From: an uncultured bacterium
GTDB taxonomy: Bacteria > Verrucomicrobiota > Kiritimatiellia > RFP12 > UBA3636
DNA length: 57,905 nucleotides
Direction: 5' to 3'
Assembly (NCBI GenBank): GCA_902793555.1
Contig: CADBEF010000049.1
Span: 1 to 57,905 of the forward strand
Position numbers and translations under genes: made by a program. The notes under the pieces were generated by a model, which was not told the origin of the DNA, made no database searches, and saw only the letters and a program-made list of their open reading frames with translations. Positions 36,201-41,773 of this stretch are shown in pieces; the first letter of the stretch is position 1, and each line of letters opens with the position of its first letter.

Positions 36201-37244
36201 GACCTTAATATCCAGATGCCCTTCTCCGTCTCGCCCGCGATCGATTCCGCCGAGGCCGGCTGGGGAACGGAAGGCGTCACGGATGCGGGCTACGCCCAGA
36301 TCCTGGACCGCGCGTTCTACAACGGCGCGTCCGGCGAGTACGCCTTCACGATCGACGGCTACCAGTCCGGGCTCAAGGCGGGCCGGCGCTACCTGGTCCA
36401 GATCATCATGCACCGGAACGGCTCGACCGCGACGGCGACCGTCTCCGGCTTCGACGTCGACCACGTCCAGTTCGGCGGAACGGGCTGGACCTACGGCGGA
36501 TCGCTGATCGGGACGTTCGTGCCGACGAGCGACAGGGAGGACCACACGTTCAAGGTCAAGTTCGAAGGCGGCGACTTCGCGGCCATCAACGCCATCCAGC
36601 TTCGCGACCTCGGCCCGGCCGTTCCGACGGAGGTCAACCCGTCGGTCGAGTCCGTCTCGGCCAAGCGGAAGGGCACGACGGCGACCGTGACGCTCTCCGG
36701 CGTCGAGATGGGAACGGACACAGGCTTCCATCCCGCGACATCCTACGCCGTCTCGTACCGCCTGGACGGCGGCGCCTGGACGACGGTCCTCCCGAGCGAG
36801 AACGGCGAGACCGCCTCGTTCGAGCTCGCGGGCCTCGAGTACCGCACCTACGTCTGCGAGGTGAAGATCGAGACCGACGTCGGCAAGTCGACGGAGCCGC
36901 AGTCCGTCACGCTCGCCTTCGCCAAGGCGGACGGCCTCGCGATCGTCTTCTTCGACGTCGAGAAGGAGACGCTGGCCTTCGACATGGGGTCGGAAAGCTC
37001 CGTGAAGGCCCTGCTTCCGAACGCCTCCGACATCTACTGCACGCTCGTGACCTCGACCAACCTCGCGGACGTCGTCTGGACACCCGCCCTGCCCAGCCTC
37101 GCGTGGAAGGCGAACGAGCTCCCGCTCGACGACGACTCGGGCTGGACGTGGGTCGGCGTCGACACCACGGACGCGGTCCGCTTCTTCCGGGTCGCCCTCA
37201 CGCCCGCCCCGCTGGCGGCGGACGACGAGGTTGTCTTCAAGTAG
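30282..37244 (+). CDS. giant secreted SGNH esterase (2320 aa) followed by 7 Ig-like and 6 CBM-like modules and a C-terminal end module
   Basis: Signal peptide MKLKLLHFLSAAILAMASTAAFA. SGNH blocks LFGDSITDFW, GIGSDRVQNLLWR, LMVGINN. Approximate module borders: Ig 31115, CBM 31420, Ig 31960, Ig 32265, CBM 32575, Ig 33135, CBM 33460, unassigned ~85-aa module 33990, CBM 34260, Ig 34850, CBM 35150, Ig 35735, CBM 36045, Ig 36625, end module 36930-37244 (..AVRFFRVALTP..). Confidence 0.9.
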   Translation: MKLKLLHFLSAAILAMASTAAFADPVVIGSQVPGSDHSSEPCTPKERTDDYHKNHFSEDLSQSNGKTLDVVLFGDSITDFWPHPNLSFDGDANKTINMGIGSDRVQNLLWRLQNGALDDYTTKFLTLMVGINNGHQKRIDHNDPCDRPEDVAESIRLMLNEMAARQPDAKILLMPILPYAFESKYFAAAEINAMSDAVNDYILQFVDNKRVFWVDFRSQYLNPDGTCNKQCYRPGDLGGYDARGQCLHPNFSTYPDIFYPAVKAALERYQDGAAGTPHVAPPSISFAKAAPNVDGAGTATITVNGIFLGTDANAVPVTSYSMAYELDDGPKTQALANQSLTRNSFVIPNVALGAHTCKVTVTTADDKELVTSIDFTMTEPWVGEALPATDSAVRTDGTLLYAYATGAYTLNGVQFAAAGNNNASISANISWPYSSTSGSPAPDGVASGAYRDFLTHCWWANQGDKEVTLKNLTPGHVYLVQVFGYRNYNNDDKAYVWIKESYWDPNYIKVLGNGWERGGVLTGTITATEATKTFTITSDGNYAVNGIQVRDLGASGVPIVVQPRVGSVTATTNGTAATVFLSGIAMGTDDAGDSATSYFVSYSLDDAVPVTALSGQSGTSAQFTISGLADGEHTCAVTITTDKNKTSAAKSVSFRIGEPPAPVVAPSIGSVSVSTNGTTATISLSDIEMGTDDAGVAATSYSVFYSLTNASDVVALEGRSAATASFDIADLADGAYSCAVTIMTDKNKTSAAKSVNFRIGEPPPMPVGWTSEPMDAAGAKFSTEGTLVYAYGTQGQTVNGVAFTRALPLSSTHNIAFAPEATGFDGSLMNEGVSDSGYGLILGNGWTWTDSSTDTKAVTLTLKNLTPGERYLVQILSHTHWSGSMLVSANGCEAQHVYGSDEAGGKYGALMTGTFTASAETQDVEILFSGSNGDRPVNAVQVRNLGEGGGVIVIAPSIASAAASVVSSNATVSLSGIVLGTDDEGVAATSYAVSYALNGEAAVPALVNQTAASASFDIENLADGSYTCEVTITTDKGKTATKTASFVVSTSGGGGGGGSAEEGWTAEPLSATSASIRTDGTLVYAYARENYQVNGVSFVSEGTDGIDNANCTVPVTHDASSSPPSDTEPGDYKNLLGKGWYASAANRTITLKNLEVGKQYLVQIIASRSDYTTQTATAPDGAATIHFSGTGWEYGGSLTGVFTAANATQQFTIAYAGNSWLNAIQVRELGEGGGGGTDETPVYTLTIPAKTGLELVSVTTNGIAVAAASGNAYSIVSNDTATITFAAASGYEIVGGNPVVLTVTGDRTLADAEYPAVQQTGGGSGGDFELGWTVSPMSADGDTIVTNGTLVYAVSVKEQTIRGVNFEGAPLAAEINNKGYFSFSTPMTAMEGESAGREGYWPQDENPDLAAFGQLLSHIWWWTNSVSGTTLTLKGLTRGRAYLVQLIAHDVRANGLTISARGTTPKPVRGSSEEEYKYGASIVGTFVASAETENVFIEWAGSDAKRPLNAVQVRDLGEVAPPVVEPEIGDLSAALSGPTAVIVLGDVEMGTDNEGVAATSYAVSYALDDGEPVEKLWNQTGWSAWFNVTNLADGAHTVEVTIATDAGGVASKTVSFTVDSTAPATSAWIVEPMSMDGDTIRTEGDLLYAQAPNLAVVNGVRFERTPWISDASFSVSPAPADVLWSGMGNEGFFNEANAYGYLLTHAWAWDKSATETETTVTLTGLEPGKNYLVQLVSHSQYTDAMTVSVEGTEPKPIGTHTPVENQGTFIPWRYGASLVGFFTASDTTQEFTIQWAGAAGYHPLNALQVRDLGLAVPVVVEPSIGAASATVDDDSKTAFVTLSGVVKGTDDACNPAASYDVTYELDGGASVLALEGRTGATAAFSIKNLADGPYECVVTITTDAGKSASKTVTFTVNGQTPPWIVEPMTGDGDTIRTNGVRRWAFCVGEDIGTLVANGVQFTTFENLDATRLSDLNIQMPFSVSPAIDSAEAGWGTEGVTDAGYAQILDRAFYNGASGEYAFTIDGYQSGLKAGRRYLVQIIMHRNGSTATATVSGFDVDHVQFGGTGWTYGGSLIGTFVPTSDREDHTFKVKFEGGDFAAINAIQLRDLGPAVPTEVNPSVESVSAKRKGTTATVTLSGVEMGTDTGFHPATSYAVSYRLDGGAWTTVLPSENGETASFELAGLEYRTYVCEVKIETDVGKSTEPQSVTLAFAKADGLAIVFFDVEKETLAFDMGSESSVKALLPNASDIYCTLVTSTNLADVVWTPALPSLAWKANELPLDDDSGWTWVGVDTTDAVRFFRVALTPAPLAADDEVVFK

Positions 37245-37252
37245 TCCCGCCC

Positions 37253-37301
37253 CCTCCAACCTCTCACCTCCCACCTTTCACCTCTCACCTCTCACCTCCG
37301 A
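37253..37301 (+). repeat. seven tandem heptamers (CCTYYNA) in the leader of 37313..38212
   Basis: CCTCCAA CCTCTCA CCTCCCA CCTTTCA CCTCTCA CCTCTCA CCTCCGA, ending 11 nt before the ATG. Confidence 0.85.
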
Positions 37302-37312
37302 CTGGGTTCGCC

Positions 37313-38212
37313 ATGCCAACCGAATACCGACTCTCCTATCCCGTCGACACCGTCCGCTGGACGGACGGCTTCATCCGAACGATTCCCCCCGAGCTGTACG
37401 AGCCGAAGATCCGCGCCATCAAGGCCGCCGGCGTCGACGCCCTGATGCTCACCGGCTACGTGACGGTCGAGCCTTCTGCGTTCGACGTCGACGAGGAGAC
37501 GAAGCGCCTCGGCGGCTTCCTCGACTCGCTCGGGATGTGCGCCGCGCAGCACCACGGCCTCTGCGCGACGTGGGCGCCCGCCGGCGGAAGCCAGGACGAG
37601 GTGGTCGAGAACATCGTGAAGTGCGCGCGGTGGACCGCGAACCTCAACTCGAAGGTCCTCGTCATCCACCCGGGCAACTCCATCGAGCGCCTCGGCAGCA
37701 TCGCGGCCTACGACAAGGCCTTCCACGAGGAGATGGCCCGGATCGGGCGGACCGAGATCATGCGCCTCATGGCCCGCAACGTCGACGCCGCCGCGGAGGA
37801 GGCGCGCGCGTTCGGCGTCTCGGTCGCGATGGAGAACGTCCACTTCTTCAACGAGGACAACACGCTCCTGCCGGACCTCTTCGCCGAGGTTCATTCGACG
37901 AACGCCGGCTACTGCATCGACTTCGGCCACGCGCACTACGCGGGCGGCGGCGTGGACTACTGGCTCGACAAGCTCGGCGACCGGATCCTCACGACGCACA
38001 TCCACGACAACCGCGGGCGCGACGACGAGCACCGCCCGCCGGGGTTCGGCACGATCCCGTGGCCCGACGTCATCGCGCGCCTCCGCGCCCTCGGCTACGA
38101 GGGCTACGCGAACTTCGAGTCCGGGCCGTGGGAGCTGCCGGACATGGTCGACGGCTACCGCCACGCCATCGACTACTGGCGCGCCTGCGAGCGCATCGCC
38201 GACGGCCGGTAG
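37313..38212 (+). CDS. sugar phosphate isomerase/epimerase (xylose-isomerase-like TIM barrel)
   Basis: VLVIHPGN, VAMENVHF, IDFGHAHY, THIHDNRGRDDEHRPPGFGTIPW are typical AP-endonuclease-2/xylose-isomerase-like TIM blocks. ATG 37313 is inside ORF 37103..38212. Confidence 0.85.
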   Translation: MPTEYRLSYPVDTVRWTDGFIRTIPPELYEPKIRAIKAAGVDALMLTGYVTVEPSAFDVDEETKRLGGFLDSLGMCAAQHHGLCATWAPAGGSQDEVVENIVKCARWTANLNSKVLVIHPGNSIERLGSIAAYDKAFHEEMARIGRTEIMRLMARNVDAAAEEARAFGVSVAMENVHFFNEDNTLLPDLFAEVHSTNAGYCIDFGHAHYAGGGVDYWLDKLGDRILTTHIHDNRGRDDEHRPPGFGTIPWPDVIARLRALGYEGYANFESGPWELPDMVDGYRHAIDYWRACERIADGR

Positions 38213-38215
38213 CGG

Positions 38216-39050
38216 CTAGTCCTTCGGCGCCTTGCCGCGCAGGGCGGCGATGGTCGTGTGGAGCTCCTGGGCGACCTTCTTGCGAAGGTGGCTCTCGTCG
38301 AAGAAGCCCGTCTTCCACGCGACCTCGCCGACGGTGAGGTTCGTCGTGCGGAAGAGCTCCGCGGCGCGGCTCAGGCGCAGCGAGGCGAAGTACTTGGCGG
38401 GGCCGCAGCCGAAGGCCTCCTTGAAGGCGCGCAGCAGCGTGCTCGGCGAGGTGGCACTGCATGTAGTTCACGACGCCGCCGAGGCGCCAGTCCGACCGCG
38501 TGGCCGGGACGATGTCGGCCGTCTCGCGCGCGAGCAGGATCACGACGGACGAGAAGAGCGACCCGAGGAACAGCGAGCTGCCGGCGCCGGGCTCCCGACG
38601 CTCGCGCACCATCGCCTCGAGCAGCGCGCGCGCCTCCTTGAGGGGCTTGGCGGGCAGGCGCGCCGCGATGCCGGAATACGGATGGTCGTCCAGGCGGTCC
38701 GGCGGCGGGTAGACGAAGTTGACGAACGAGAAGCCGCTCAGCGCGAGCATCGGGATCGGGACCTTCGCGTCGTAGAGCAGGTTGTAGAGCTCCGAGTCCG
38801 CGGACGTCCGCGGGTACGAGTGGCGCTGGCCCGGATGGAGCACGAAGAAGTCGCCCCGCGCGAGGCGCGACGTCTCGCCGCCGATCTCGTGCTCGACCCA
38901 GCCCTTCGTCACGATCACGAGCTCCGAGAACTCGTGGTCATGCACGGGGACGGGCTTGCCGCCGCCCGCCATCCGGCGCACGACGATCGGGAACTGGTTC
39001 TCGCCGAAGTAGAGCGAGAAGGAGAGTGTCTTGGGCGTTTCGTCTTTCAT
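38216..39050 (-). pseudogene. AraC-family regulator (cupin + HTH) with frameshift and apparent loss of part of HTH-1 near 38440-38465
   Basis: The N-terminal cupin frame (..VPVHDHEFSELVIVTKGWVEHEIGG..FFVLHPGQRH..) runs to ..VVNYMQCH. The HTH continues in another frame as TSPSTLLRAFKEAFGCGPAKYFASLRLSRAAELFRTTNLTVGEVAWKTGFFDESHL..APKD, stop 38216-38218. About a dozen residues normally found between these blocks are missing. Confidence 0.65.
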
Positions 39051-39091
39051 GGGCGTCGCCGGTGCACGGGTGTCATCGGCATGGCGTGAAA

Positions 39092-39147
39092 CTACCCATT
39101 TTTGCACGATTTGTCAAGTGGCGGCGGCCGGCGGCGTCTGCTAGAAT
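39092..39147 (+). promoter_or_regulatory. promoter-like element (CTACCC-N44-TGCTAGAAT) for 39155..39961
   Basis: Variant upstream hexamer 39092-39097 followed by ATTTTTGCACGATTTG, like the 3751 copy. TAGAAT 39142-39147 lies only 7 nt before ATG 39155. Confidence 0.45.
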
Positions 39148-39154
39148 CCGCGCC

Positions 39155-39961
39155 ATGGCTACGGGCATTCCGGACGTTCCCTACTACGTGTTCGACATCG
39201 ACGGCACGCTGACGCGCTACGTCGACTTCGATCCGTCGGCGTTCCTGCACGGCAACTTCCTCTTCCCGATCGTGCGCGACCTGATGGTCGAGCGCGGCGC
39301 GGACCCGGACGAGGCGGCCGCCGCGATCCTCCGCGAGACGGAGGCGAACGTCTACTGGGACTACTGCGACCTCGTCTCGGCGTTCGGCCTTCCCGCGCCG
39401 GAGGCGTACCGCCGCTTCCGCGAATGGCACGCGGCGCACATCGCGCCCTGGGAGGACGCCGTCGCGCTCGCCCGCGAGCTGCGGGGCGCCGGGAAGCGTC
39501 TCTTCGTCGTGAGCAACAACCCCGTCACCGGATGCCTCCTCAAGCTCCAGGCCGCCGGCCTCGCGGACGACACCGGCAGCGACGTCTTCTCGCGCCTTCT
39601 CGGCACCAACGTCCTGCGCGGCTGCAAGGGCGCGCCCGGCGTCTGGCGGCGCGCGTTCGACCGCCTCGGCGTCGATCCGGCGCTCGTCTGCACCGTCGGC
39701 GACAACCCCGTCGAGGACCGCGACCTGCCGCGCGCGTGCGGCGCCGGCGCCTGCTACCTCTTCGACCGCGGCCGCATCGAGCGCGGCATCGACGGGGCCG
39801 GCTTCGCCGGCAATGACGGGGCCGCCTGCGGCGGCAATGACGGGCCGGCTTCGCCGGCAATGACGAAATCAACCATTTCAACCGCTTCAACCGCTTCAAC
39901 TACTTCAACTGCTTCAACCGCTTCAACTGTTCAAACCGCTTCAACCGCTTTCAACCCATGA
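39155..39961 (+). CDS. HAD-superfamily hydrolase with a repeat-derived low-complexity tail
   Basis: Motif I VFDIDGTLT, motif II VVSNNP, motif IV VGDNPVEDR. The last ~60 codons are translated tandem repeats (DGAGFAGNDGAACGGNDG.., STASTASTTSTASTAS). The stop overlaps ATG 39958 (ATGA). Confidence 0.8.
   Translation: MATGIPDVPYYVFDIDGTLTRYVDFDPSAFLHGNFLFPIVRDLMVERGADPDEAAAAILRETEANVYWDYCDLVSAFGLPAPEAYRRFREWHAAHIAPWEDAVALARELRGAGKRLFVVSNNPVTGCLLKLQAAGLADDTGSDVFSRLLGTNVLRGCKGAPGVWRRAFDRLGVDPALVCTVGDNPVEDRDLPRACGAGACYLFDRGRIERGIDGAGFAGNDGAACGGNDGPASPAMTKSTISTASTASTTSTASTASTVQTASTAFNP
39791..39861 (+). repeat. 24-nt tandem repeat x3 (third unit 23 nt)
   Basis: GACGGGGCCGGCTTCGCCGGCAAT / GACGGGGCCGCCTGCGGCGGCAAT / GACGGG-CCGGCTTCGCCGGCAAT. 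The third unit has G3 where the others have G4. Confidence 0.9.
39871..39957 (+). repeat. about nine tandem 9-nt units (AACYDCTTC) ending at ATG 39958
   Basis: AACCATTTC AACCGCTTC AACCGCTTC AACTACTTC AACTGCTTC AACCGCTTC AACTGTTC AAACCGCTTC AACCGCTTT CAACCC. Confidence 0.9.
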
Positions 39962-41388
39962 TCGAAGAACACCTCTATCGCAAAAAGGCCCTCGGCGCCT
40001 GGCTCGGCAAGGCCGTCGGCGGAACGCTCGGCGCCCCGTGGGAGGGCTGCCGCGGACCGCTCGCGCTCACCTTCTACGACCCCGTCCCGACGGACATGGT
40101 CCCGAACGACGACGTCGACCTGCAGGTCGTCTGGGCGTGCCGCCTCGCGACGGACTGGAAGGGCGTCGTCTCGTACGCGAACTTCTCCGACGCCTGGCAG
40201 CGCAACATCGGCTTCGCGCTCGACGAGTACGGCGTCGCGAAGCGCAACCTCGCGCGCGGCATCCCCGCGCCGCACTCGGGCGGCGCGGCGATCCGCTCGG
40301 AGATCTGGGCGCTGCTCGCGCCCGGGGACCCCGCCACGGCGGCGCGCCTCGCGCGCGTCGACGCCTCCGTCGACCACGCGGGCGCCGGCGTGCACGCCGA
40401 GCAGTTCCTCGCGGCGCTCGAGTCCGCGCTCTTCGCCACGTCCGACCTCCGCGCCGCGATCGCCGCGGGCCTCGCGCAGATCCCGTCCGATTCGCGCCTC
40501 GCCCGCGCGATCGCCGACACGATCCGCCTCTGCGACGGGGGCGGCGACATCGCGTCCGTCCGCGCCGCGATCCTCCGAGACCGCGGCAGCGAGAACTTCA
40601 CGGACGTCTCGATGAACCTCTCGTTCGAGGTCGCGGCGCTCCTGCTCGGCGGCGGCGACTTCGCGAAGACCATCTGCCTCGCCGTGAACTGCGGGCGCGA
40701 CGCGGACTGCACCGGCGCCACCGTCGGCGCGATCATGGGCCTCCGCGACCCGGACGCGATTCCGGACGAGTGGCTCCGGCCCATCGGCCGCTCGCTCGTC
40801 CTCAACGAAGGCATCGCGGGCATCGAGCCGCCGCCGACGCTCGACGCGCTCACGGACCTGATCGCCTCGCTGCGCGGCCGCGTTTCGATCGACGACGCCG
40901 AGCCGCCGCGCCCCGACCTCTCGCGCTTCGCGATCCGCTGCCGGCGCGGCCTGTACCGCCCGTGGTTCGCCTACGACTGCCTCCGCACGCGCCCGGAGGA
41001 GCGGCCCCTTTCCGAGGAGGTCCTCCTCCCCGGCAACGTCTCGACCGTCGACTTCTCCGGCCTTCCGCCGGAGTCGCTCCTGCTGCTCGAGACGGACCTG
41101 ACGCTCCCCGCCGGGCGCGACGTCCTGCTGCTCGTGAGCACGACCGCGGACTTCCGCGCGTGGCTCGACGGCGAGCCCGTCCTCGGCCAGGAATGCGGCC
41201 CGTTCGTCCCGGCGTTCCACCGCACGCCGGCCAACCAGCGCAAGGCGCTCCGCCTCGCCGCCGGCGTCCACAAGCTCCGCATCGGCCTCGCGCCGGCGGG
41301 GGAGGGGATGGCCTCGGCGCCGCTCGCCTTCGGCCTCGCCGACCCCGCCGACTCCGCCTGGCTGCCCGACTCGATCTACGCCCGCTAG
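39958..41388 (+). CDS. ADP-ribosylglycohydrolase-family protein with a C-terminal extension
   Basis: ALGAWLGKAVGGTLGAPWEG and VNCGRDADCTGATVGAIMG are the characteristic N- and C-terminal metal-site blocks of the family. Confidence 0.85.
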   Translation: MIEEHLYRKKALGAWLGKAVGGTLGAPWEGCRGPLALTFYDPVPTDMVPNDDVDLQVVWACRLATDWKGVVSYANFSDAWQRNIGFALDEYGVAKRNLARGIPAPHSGGAAIRSEIWALLAPGDPATAARLARVDASVDHAGAGVHAEQFLAALESALFATSDLRAAIAAGLAQIPSDSRLARAIADTIRLCDGGGDIASVRAAILRDRGSENFTDVSMNLSFEVAALLLGGGDFAKTICLAVNCGRDADCTGATVGAIMGLRDPDAIPDEWLRPIGRSLVLNEGIAGIEPPPTLDALTDLIASLRGRVSIDDAEPPRPDLSRFAIRCRRGLYRPWFAYDCLRTRPEERPLSEEVLLPGNVSTVDFSGLPPESLLLLETDLTLPAGRDVLLLVSTTADFRAWLDGEPVLGQECGPFVPAFHRTPANQRKALRLAAGVHKLRIGLAPAGEGMASAPLAFGLADPADSAWLPDSIYAR

Positions 41389-41420
41389 GCCGGTTCCGGG
41401 AAGGCCGTTGCCGTTTCCGG

Positions 41421-41437
41421 CGGGACGGGGCGTCCCG
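41421..41437 (+). terminator. short hairpin CGGGACG-GGG-CGTCCCG followed by GGCTTT
   Basis: 7-bp stem 33 nt after the stop of 39958..41388. Weak U-tract. Confidence 0.3.
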
Positions 41438-41663
41438 GGCTTTCAACCGGGCTCTCCGCGGGGGACTCATGTCCTCCGCGGCTGAATTTGATCCACGGCG
41501 CGATTGGAAACCGCGCCGGCCGAATTACAACTTTTATTACGGTCGGACAATTGGATTTCCAAGTAGTTCGAACATGGCGAAAAGTCGGGACGGCCGGGTT
41601 GATTCGGGCGGATGGGTTTGGTAGACTGGCGTGCGTAGCGGTCCGGCCCCGCCGGTCGCCGCC

Positions 41664-41773
41664 CGAAAATTTTACATTTCCGTGACAATTCGAAAATCGG
41701 TTTCTGCTAGAATCCCCCGCCGTGCGACCACCTCCCACCTCTAACCTCTAGCCCCTAGCCCCAAAATACCGCC
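41664..41773 (+). promoter_or_regulatory. conserved promoter+leader block, copy 1 (TTTACA..GTGACAAT..TGCTAGAAT, C-rich leader)
   Basis: CGAAAATTTTACATTTCCGTGACAATTCGAAAATCGGTTTCTGCTAGAATCCCCCGCCGTGCGACCACCTCC.., TAGAAT 41708-41713. Near-identical copies at 46347 and 48400. Contains heptamers CCTCCCA CCTCTAA CCTCTAG CCCCTAG CCCCAAA (41731-41765). Confidence 0.65.

Noticed and set aside
24000-37000. Regularly spaced repeats that could be mistaken for a CRISPR-like array.
   Set aside because: The period is about 300-900 nt and the repeats are diverged. They sit in frame inside long ORFs and encode Ig-like and CBM-like protein modules. There are no short identical direct repeats with unique spacers and no cas genes.
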